DNA from: Trichosphaerium sp. ATCC 40318
Lineage: Eukaryota > Protista > Tubulinea
Assembly: GCA_038496445.1 (NCBI GenBank)
Contig: JALMLS010000268.1
Location: 62,001-126,000, forward strand
Direction of reading: 5' to 3'
DNA length: 64,000 nucleotides
The notes under the pieces are model-generated. The model had not been told where the DNA came from and made no database searches. It saw only the letters and a program-made list of their open reading frames with translations. The position numbers and the translations under genes were made by a program. Of the stretch, positions 21,801-30,997 are shown one piece after another. The first letter of the stretch is position 1, and every line of letters begins with the position of its first letter.

Positions 21801-24800
21801 AGTAGCTATGGCGGTAGCAAAGCCTAATACGAGTTTCGATGCAGAATTTCTTCAGTACATGGCACACCTTGACACTAGCACACTAGATCCATTTTGTATC
21901 TATAGAACTATTGCTAAGACTAGGGTGAGTAAATACACTTTCATTTTTTAAGCACGTGCTCATTCGAAACTCCATAGAAAGCCAGATTTGTTTTTGTTAA
22001 CGCTTTGGAACTGGACGGTAATAACTTAAAAGTCAAAGGTCTTCATTACACTCCATTCTATGAATCAGGCCATATTAAGAAGCTAATGCCAGGTACAGTA
22101 CCGAAAATCACTCGAAAATATACTCATATAGCATAGAAGCATTGGTCAGTTGGTATAAAACGATTATGTCTCAGTACATTCTCACTACAAAAATGGCACG
22201 TGAACAGTCTTTGAAACTGATTCCAAGACTTACTTTTTTTTGTAGGACCTTGCCGATATGACTTTGAGTTCCCATGGAATTACTGATGGAAGCAAGCTTC
22301 ATTTAATACTTAGACTGCGTGGTGGAGGAGTAGTTGTTCCACAGGATCAGATCATTCGAAGCAAATTCATAGCTGTACGATTCAACGCAAAGTTATGACC
22401 CATTCTGATACTGTGATAGACGGATTATGTTACTTGTATAGGCAAGAAGGGATCTACTAATGTTGAACTCTGTTTTGATGGATCAGATGCAATTACACAA
22501 TATGACATTGACGTTTTTGTTTTTGATGGCGATCAAGTTGGTAAGTTTTGGCATCGTTGCTATTGAAGTTCTGTTGTTGACTTTTTACTATTTAGGTATT
22601 GGTTCTCATAAGATTACAGTTGCGAATCCTGTGTACTCATCTATTATAAACCCACCAACTATGAAACTTGGTACACTTGAGTGTTTACATTTTTGCCCAC
22701 TTTTTCTGTAAGCTAACTACATTCATAGGTGACAAGCTCAATATAAAGAGCATTGTTCGAAATAATTCTGATTCAAGCGTATCAAACGTTTCTGTGGCTC
22801 TATCCAATCTTAAAAATATTAAGTTGTGTGATAGTAAGTCGATTTCCTGGCACCAGAGCGAACTAACAAGCAATAGGTGGCATAACCCAAAAGCTAAAAA
22901 AATTAGAGGCAGGATCCTCTCATACATTCTACTGGCCTATTGAAGCCATCTCTACCGGTAGAGTAAACCTTACACATGACATGGTATGTCCTATTACAGA
23001 CAAAGCTAGAACTTCTGACAACTCTTTTTAAAGCGAGCTTCTGGAAGCGTTAAGTTACAAGAAACCATCACATCTTTAGATTCAGTTCTAGATGTTTCTC
23101 CTGTTGGTCAACCTCTCATTTCTAATGAGCGCAAATCACTTCACAAAGGTGGTACTTTTTCAACAAGTTTTCAAGTTGATGGTACAGAACAATGTGTGAT
23201 TACTACAGTATCAGTAGTAACAGGTAATACTTCATTGAAACACGTGCACTTTACTAAAAATAAAATTTCACATAGGTCAAATATCCGCAATTATGCATGC
23301 TCTTGGTGGGTTGATGGAGTATCCTCATGGGTGCTGTGAGCAATTAAATAGCTCTACATTACCAAATATAGTTCTTTACGAGTTCCTCCATGAACGTGAT
23401 CTTTTAAAAGCGACTCAAAAAGCCGAACTGATAAAGAACATGATTGCTGGTAAAAATCTTCTCATAAAGAAAAACTACAATACCGTAACAGGTGGATTTG
23501 GACTTTGGAGTCCAAAATCTACTTCAGTTTTTCATACAGCGCTAATTCTAGGTACTGGAATACATGGTACTGGTCATGTTCTAACAAGATCCTAGGTCTT
23601 TTCGGAAAGATGAACAAGTTTGTTTCAGTGCCAGACAAAATAATCAATGCGGCTTGTTCATACTTAGAAAAACATCAAAAGCAAGATGGTTCATTTGCTT
23701 GCTCAGGTAAGATGCCCAAATAACTATCTTATAGAATATTAAATTCTCTGTATAGCGGGCTCCTACACTCCATTCCCATCACTTCTTTCTGATGAAGCAA
23801 CTTCTATTTATGTCGCACAATCACTGGCACTTGCAGGGAAATTAAATGACAAACTTGTGTCGTGGATAGTATGTCTGTCAGCTTCAAGGGGTTTTAGTAT
23901 TTATACACTGCTAGGTTTCAAATGTGGAATCATATGTCTCAGATGTATCACTTGCAAGTATGGCGCTTGAAGCTTTGGCATGTGCAGGGCTTGTTCAGAA
24001 ATATAAGGATGTTGCAAATCAACTTCGTGATAGTATTGTGAGTAGCCACTGTGAAACAGGCGGTTGGGAATCTACAAGCGTAGCTTTAACACATGGTAAA
24101 GAATCTATAGAGACCACAGCATACGCCATAGTGGCTCTGAATAAGGTAAAAACAGATTTTCGTTTGAAATCGATTATTTGTTTGAGATTTAATTATATTC
24201 CTGTACTACTCTCGGAATCTATCTCAGAGCTTCTACTAGGCTTTTCCAGACAAATCTACTGCAGTCATTACAGATAAAGCAGTTGAGTTTATCATGTCTA
24301 AGCGTCAAAAGAACGGTAAAGAGACAACTTCAGAAGTACATTTTCTTATTTCATTTAAGGTTATGGTTCCACACGTGATACACTTTATGCTGTAATGGCT
24401 TTTGCAAGCATCAAAGATTTAGTCGCTTCTGAGAATGCGTCAGGCTCTCTTAAAGTCACTGTGAATGGTATTAAGAACATTGTGTTTATGAATGAGTAAC
24501 TTTACTTAATAGATAAGCTATTTAAGGAATTCAAACTTAACGATCTATCCAATGCTACTGATGTACTAGCACAATTGAAAGAAATTATCATACCGCCAGA
24601 GCACATTATAAACGTACGCTGTGGTCATCACCTAAGTATTTTTTAGTAATTTACATTAAAAGGGTACAAACAAAATTGATGTTGAAGCTTCAAAAACTTT
24701 TGGATGTCGTGTACTAGTTGAGAATCGTGTTTGGCCAAAATCAAACCTATTGGCAGCTAAGAGCTCAAACAGTATTGGAAGGTAATATATATTTTGTTTT

Positions 24801-25310
24801 TATAGTTCAACATTAACATGTGAACACAGTTTGTCGTATAATTTCTCCAAAAACAGCATTGCAACTGGTGAGCCTGTAGGCTTTAATGTAGATTTTGTGC
24901 CGAGTGAGACTACCACGCCACTTGAAGCCATTATGTTCGAAATACCACTTCCAAGGTACTGGTAAAAACATTGTAGATAGTTGTAGTCTAATATGTAAAT
25001 AAGCGGGTTCAGTTTGGAGGGTAGAGTCAAGACTGAAAATCCAGACATTTTAGATTATATCGAAGAAAAGAAAAACATGTCAGGAGAAACCAGGTACATA
25101 TTCTTGGTTGATGGCCCTTTCCTCATAATTTATAGGCTTTGTTGTCACGCATCACTCATTCAAAACATTGATAAAGTCTCGATCTCTGGTAAGATGAAAG
25201 CTTCATTCTCTGGCACAAATATTACTGTAAATCAATGTATTGCATACCCAATGTATGATGTCTCTCAAGGTGTATCTTCCCAAGAGCCAAGTACTTTGGT
25301 AGTATCATAA
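18844..25310 (+). CDS. Alpha-2-macroglobulin/thioester-containing protein (TEP) with ubiquitin-like domains, including an LRLRGG motif in the bait region (30 or more exons)
   Basis: N-terminal UBLs ([76 protein letters not shown]). MG-like segments (SYPTGEPI, KKDEYQVGEEL, IRSKF..SDAITQYDIDVF, PPTMKLGDKLNIKSIVRN). TED: YPHGCCEQ, GGFGLW, QKQDGSF, IETTAYA, GYGSTRDT. C-terminal MG8-like FEIPLPSGF..AYPMYD. Confidence 0.9.
22246..22326 (+). other. Exon segment encoding a ubiquitin C-terminal mimic (DLADMTLSSHGITDGSKLHLILRLRGG) in the A2M bait region
   Basis: Direct translation; compare ubiquitin [29 protein letters not shown] is at 22309-22326. Not present in the supplied ORF track. Confidence 0.9.
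23320..23343 (+). other. Thioester motif YPHGCCEQ
   Basis: C-x-E-Q with Cys at 23332 and Gln at 23341, in the context LMEYPHGCCEQLNSSTLPN. Confidence 0.92.
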
Positions 25311-25466
25311 TAAAATAAAACATTTGTTATGATGTCCATAGTTAAAGGGATATGTAACTTATTGGTTGCCCAGTTTAGTTAGTACACTGTAGTTTGATTC
25401 TATTTGTTGGCACTTTTATTGATTTCTTACAATGATATATGGTACAACAAGTATGACATTGCGATC

Positions 25467-25879
25467 TTAGCAACTTCCACAAGCAGCTTCGCTCCAGCAA
25501 CACCATTTGTCACTTCTGATGCGAAAGCATAATGGAGATCCAGGGTAGCAGTATGCAGTTGAACCTAATAAAGGTTAGTACAAAGAAGTCTGTTTCCAAC
25601 CTTTGATTTTTCACGTACATTGACCATTCTTTTCACGACCACGTTTACGCCATCCAGGAGGGCACCATCCATTTGTATCACATGTTTCACCACACAACAG
25701 TGGTCCTTGCTACATGAGGTGTTAATTAACAATACAATGTAAAGTAGCAAGTGTCGACATACCTCAGTTGATCTCTTTTCATGCATGTCTGGCATTTCTT
25801 CAGAGTCTTTAGATTGGGTCGTCAAGGCAATTGGTATCAAAGCCAAAGTCACCAATACAAATAATATTGTTGTGTTCAT
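25467..25879 (-). CDS. Secreted cysteine-rich prepropeptide, copy A (3 exons)
   Basis: MNTTILFVLVTLALIPIALTTQSKDSEEMPDMHEKRSTE|QGPLLCGETCDTNGWCPPGWRKRGREKNGQC|STAYCYPGSPLCFRIRSDKWCCWSEAACGSC*. Confidence 0.85.
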
Positions 25880-26208
25880 TTGTTTGTAGATGAGGTTTGT
25901 TGTTGGTTGAGGTTTAATAATTTTGTTTTGAATACTTAGACATCGATTTAAGTCTTCATATTCACTGAATAAAAGTATCATAAAATTGTTTACCATATTT
26001 CTTTTTCGCTAAATCCAACGCTTGTTATCCGTGTTCTCTTTATTATCATTACCGCTGTTCTATTTGGGGCTAAAATATTAGGTGATCTAAAAATTGCAAA
26101 GCTCCGATAAGAAGTTACCATAACTGCACATGAAGTGAGACTTAAATCATATTGACGTTCCAGTCATAAATACAAACTATAACAAGAACAACTACGCCTC
26201 ATAGAACA

Positions 26209-26624
26209 ATGCAAACAACAACTCTTTTCGCCTTTGTACTCATGGCATTGACTGTTGCCTTGGCGGTCCAATCTAATGAGCTCAGTGAAAGAGCCAAACG
26301 AGCAACTGAAGTAAGTCAAGATCTCCTCTTACATTTCCTTTTCTAACTTTCGTTTGTATTGTTAATTAACACCTCATGTAGCAAGGACCACTGTTGTGTG
26401 GTGAAACATGTGATACAAATGGATGGTGCCCTCCTGGATGGCGTAAACGTGGTCGTGAAAAGAATGGTCAATGTACGTGAAAAATCAAAGGTTGGAAACA
26501 GACTTCTTTGTACTAACCTTTATTAGGTTCAACTGCATACTGCTACCCTGGATCTCCATTATGCTTTCGCATCAGAAGTGACAAATGGTGTTGCTGGAGC
26601 GAAGCTGCTTGTGGAAGCTGCTAA
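26209..26624 (+). CDS. Secreted cysteine-rich prepropeptide, copy B (3 exons)
   Basis: MQTTTLFAFVLMALTVALAVQSNELSERAKRATE| followed by the same 10-Cys region as copy A; not in the ORF track. Confidence 0.85.
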
Positions 26625-27441
26625 GATCGCAATGTCATACTTGTTGTACCAATTAACGCTTTTTCTGTCATAAAACTGTTAATTAAAAACATCAAACATT
26701 TATCTCTCGTTGTTTTTGTTCCACTGACCATTTGAATTAAATCACTTACTAACTAAACCGTGTACCTTTTCTTGTTTCTGACCTTGGGGAAACGCTGTGA
26801 ATGTATTATTAAAAGGCACGTGATCAGTCGGGAAAAGTCCGAGAAAACGTACTTAACCTTGTAAATAAGTGAGCTTTCAGCGCCTTTCAAGCATGGCTAG
26901 GTTACACGACACGTTAACTACAATAAAGCGGTTTTACAAGTCAACATAGGATTTTCAATAGCAAATGTCATTGGATAAAAAAAAGTTGTTAAGATCCAAG
27001 CCGTTAATATAAACAATCACTAGCATCTAGCACAAGCGTAGTGTCATTTTTCGGCCTTAACCACAGTTGGCTGAGTCGCAATAAAATTGACTTTAGGATT
27101 TGTTTGAAGTTTGCAAGGTGAAAATCACGTGATACAAGGTAAGATATCGTACGTTGTTTGGTGAAATCCTACTGGAATATCAAACTTATCCTTCTTCAAC
27201 GGCTATCCAGTCTGAATACTCTAATGCCTCGTTTTGATGGTTATTTTCAGCCACTTAAAAGGACATTTAACATCTTAAACGTATGAAAGTGAAACTGACG
27301 ATAAAGCTAAATTGTACTTTTCGTTAGTATGTTGGCAAGTCTTAAGCAACAGAAATACACTTTGCTTTCCAAATTTATTTGCTTTATTAGGTTTTCAGGA
27401 CACTCAGTCGCTTGGGTCAAACTATACGAGCTATTGCCATT

Positions 27442-28729
27442 CTATCCTAGTAGTGACAGTGCAACATACACTAGAGATCCTGGGTATATGCCATAGTGCT
27501 GCAATGTCCTTTCAAATGCAATTACTCTTCCCTCAAAAACAAGACGTTGTATATTGCAAGGAATGCTTACCTTGACTGAAATCTAATGTAACATTAGTGA
27601 TTACAACGCGGATTATCAGGTATTCTGCTCGCTTACTGCCTCTGCAATATCTTGTACAATTCCCAAAGGATCGACATATAGGTCAACACATTTTCCAGAG
27701 GGTATTTTGGCTCTAACTAACTGTTTGGAGCCTTTCCATTTTGTGCCAGACTAAAAATACTTAACAATTGCAACAATTCTCATTTACCTGTTCTTTTATT
27801 GAAGGCTCTGTCATGTGTTCTGCTTTATTGGGCGGGTTTGCTTTGAATCCATACAAGTGTACATCTTTCTGTAGCTGCGAAGCAACACACATCTCGTACC
27901 TAACAATAGACGTGAGTTTTCCAAAAACAAAAACAGTTTGAGAAACATACCACATTGCAAACCTCTCCTCATCCCCGTTTGACACAAATCGGTGTATACC
28001 CGCTCTATTGGCTGCCCCAAAGTTGACGGCAGCGTCACCTGCCCATATAACATACATACCTTTAGGTACATCAACCCACTTGAATTCTACCTTGTCATAC
28101 ATTTGAAGGCCAGATGAAGAAGAGTGTAGGCTTATTGAGAATAAACCAAGATCAACATGTGAACTACAAACTACTTTGCCCTTTTCTATCTTATCTGTTG
28201 CATATAAAGTAATATCTAGCATCCCATATGAAGCGCCTTCACCATTCATTATAGGTACAGTATCCCCTGATAGCTTTTGAGTCCATTGTGGAACAGGGTG
28301 CTTAACAACATCTTTTGTGCTTGTCAGTTTTTTCATTGCCTTATCAAGATAAGATGACAAAGCCTTCAATGGGTCTCGGAGACTCTCAGGTGCTTCTTCT
28401 ATTTGATCCAAGTGACTTCCTGTTAAAACTCTATATCCTTGTCTACCGCTAGACGCACTAGTGTATCCGATACCTACGTGAACAGTCATTCACTGTCGTG
28501 TGTGACAGAACTCACCAAGCTTTGTTTTAAACACGGATTTGAGCTCCGCAGATTGTGATAAGAACCCTCGACCATGCTTGACGACACTTTCAACAAGTTC
28601 TGATAGCGTCTGTGGTGCAACCACCTTAATAGCGTAAGATTTACTCAGGAACAGTATTGAGCTGCTAACATACAAAACAATAGCCGCTAGCGTTAATTTT
28701 TAGTTTAAAGGACTTTACAGTTGCTTCAT
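27442..28729 (-). CDS. 2OG-Fe(II) oxygenase (IPNS/DIOX-like) with C-terminal ubiquitin-like domain (multi-exon; start uncertain)
   Basis: CSSHVDLGLFSI (HxD), SGLQMYD..WVDVP, WAGDA and AGIHRFV..ERFAMWY. The last exons give QLVRAKIPSGKCVDLYVDPLGIVQDIAEA|ISVKVSIPCNIQRLVFEGRVIAFERTLQHYGIYPGSLVYVALSLLG*. Confidence 0.75.
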
Positions 28730-29116
28730 CGCCCTTCAACAACGTTTCAAGGTCTACCAAAGGTAACCGTGCCATTTACGTTGATATCAAGTTCTAATTT
28801 GTTTGAGTTGAAGCTTAAGCCACTTTTCAATGAAAGCGTTTTAGTCATTTACAAAGACGTTGCTGTGTTTTATTGTCCGTATCATTCAAGTTTGCTAATC
28901 TTTGCAACTTTTTGCTGTTTGTGACTTTTGATTTTCGAGTTTAGTCAGATCTGACAGATCTTGCAACTTCTGTTAGTTCTTACAGAACTATCAATTTTGC
29001 TAGAACTAGCAGACCCAACGTTTGAAATGTGATTCACGTTATTGAAGGCTTGCTAGGCGGAAAAATCATGAATTTGCACTGGCCACGTGATTTTAAAAAC
29101 CCACCCAATATTTATT

Positions 29117-29886
29117 TTATTTTACAATTATATGGTTACATGGTGTCCGTACCACAATATCGCCTCCAGAGATACTTTGAGCGCTTTTGGAATTAATCTT
29201 TACGGTTTTTTCCGTTGATACGCGTCTTGACGCTATGATTGTGTCAGCACTAGCGCGTGGCGGCGTAGTACGTTAGGCAACAAATAACAAGTAATTCGTA
29301 CCTTTTGGTCTTGTTCGGCTCCTTTGGGCGCTTCTATGGTGAGTGTAGCATTTACAAGCGCACTTACGCAAAATACTGCGATAGTCTTGTTAGATGATGT
29401 GACTTTGACATTGTATTTTTTTCTTGCCTTAAGGTACATAAGCACGGCAAGCAAGGTACATAGACTGGAGTTGTGGAATGTGATGCATTCACATTGCACT
29501 GAACCTTCAAGTTTTTAACAGATCTGACAGAACTTACAAGAACTAGCAAAAGTGACAAGATCTGACAGATCTGTTAGTTCTTGCAAGATCTTACACTTTG
29601 ATACTTCTGCCAAACCTGTCGCAAACTTGAATGATACGGACAATACATTGTCTTTATTTCGTAGCTTGTCTATTTTAGTACACGTAGCACGCTTCTCATC
29701 TACATAGAAAACCTTTTGATCAGCAGACAAGTTTTTTCCAATTAGAGAACAAATAATTATTTTCTTCAAAAACTCTGAAATTTCCGACTCCCATACTCTG
29801 TTTTTCGAAGCTGATGGTCGTTCAAGACTGTTGTATAGGCTAACTATAAGAGAAGCTAATAAAAGCTGTCTCAAAAGGGAATGCAA
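29117..29886 (-). CDS. Hypothetical small multi-exon protein
   Basis: Exon-like pieces YVDEKRATCTKIDKLRNK, MYLKARKKYNVKVTSSNKTIAVFCVSALVNATLTIEAPKGAEQDQK and ADTIIASRRVSTEK..IIVK*; start not resolved. Confidence 0.35.
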
Positions 29887-29933
29887 TGTCCACAGAATCG
29901 ATTTGACTTTTTCTATTTCGAAACAGCACTTTG

Positions 29934-30710
29934 ATGAGACAACTCCCTGAAGAACTGAAAAGCATAAAATGGAAAGACCTCATTAAATTAACTCCGCTAG
30001 AAGTAATTATAGAGAATACTGTAACACTACCATGGCTTGTGTTATCTTTAACTTGCTACTACTGCGAATACTACGTACTTGGTGTAGGCTTCTCCGCATT
30101 CCTATTTATGACAGCTCTGAGGCAGTCACATTGCGCTTTTCATAATAGCTTGGGAGTAAGTAACACGTGGAACGAGCTACAGCTATTTAAAAACTCATTT
30201 ATTTTGCTTGTTTCAACACATGCTGTACGTTTCAGCCATCACATTCACCATAGAGATATGCTAGCAGGTGATGATTGGGAAGGTAAAGCAGCACACATGA
30301 CATGGATTGGAGCTATATTTTATGGACCTACACACTATTTTAATATCCACTACATTGCGCTAATGAAGTCAAAAGATAAGTTCATTGTTTTTACTGAACT
30401 CACTTTTGTTGTTTTTATTATTGGTACCATTGCTCTTTCTGGTATTTTCTTCTTGCAATGTCACGTGGCTATGATGATTATAGGTGAGTTGTTAACACCT
30501 TTTGTAGCAGTATGGGCTACTCATAGGGACTTAGATGGTAATATTAGAGCAAGAACGCAAAGAAACGATTTTATTAATTGGATAGCTTTTGATAATTTGT
30601 ACCACTTGGAACATCATCTATTTCCTCAAGTACCTTTACGTAAATTAAAATCTATCGCTCATAGGATTGATAAACGAATGCCAAAATTAATCTTACCACG
30701 TGTAATATAG
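29934..30710 (+). CDS. Intronless membrane fatty acid desaturase family protein
   Basis: Three His boxes HCAFH, HHIHH and YHLEHHLFPQVP, plus hydrophobic segments; ATG at 29934. Confidence 0.9.
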   Translation: MRQLPEELKSIKWKDLIKLTPLEVIIENTVTLPWLVLSLTCYYCEYYVLGVGFSAFLFMTALRQSHCAFHNSLGVSNTWNELQLFKNSFILLVSTHAVRFSHHIHHRDMLAGDDWEGKAAHMTWIGAIFYGPTHYFNIHYIALMKSKDKFIVFTELTFVVFIIGTIALSGIFFLQCHVAMMIIGELLTPFVAVWATHRDLDGNIRARTQRNDFINWIAFDNLYHLEHHLFPQVPLRKLKSIAHRIDKRMPKLILPRVI

Positions 30711-30997
30711 TTATTGAACCTCCACATGGACATTTATTTAAAACGCATTAGCTCGAGTTTTCATCACGATAAACAATATTAAAATAAACAACCTAATAGC
30801 GCTCTTTTCCGGTCTGCAAAAAACCCACTACTACTTGCACGTGTTTTGTGACACTGTAGTTTTTTGAAATAGCTTGTGCTCTTTAAAATAGTTTCTATGA
30901 TTGATACTTGATGCAGTAGTAGCCAGGAATACTGTGGTATTAACATGTAACTTCATTAATTAGGTTTTTTTTTTTTTTTACATTTCATATTATGTTT

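Larger units (their letters stand above)
25440..26651. repeat. Inverted repeat: arms about 25440-25737 and 26354-26651, spacer about 615 bp
   Basis: The arms are reverse complements; I found only one, synonymous, difference (AGT/AGC near the stop). Confidence 0.92.

Noticed and set aside
25565-25996. 143-aa ORF as a real protein
   Set aside because: It reads through introns; the spliced product is the Cys-rich prepropeptide starting at 25879.
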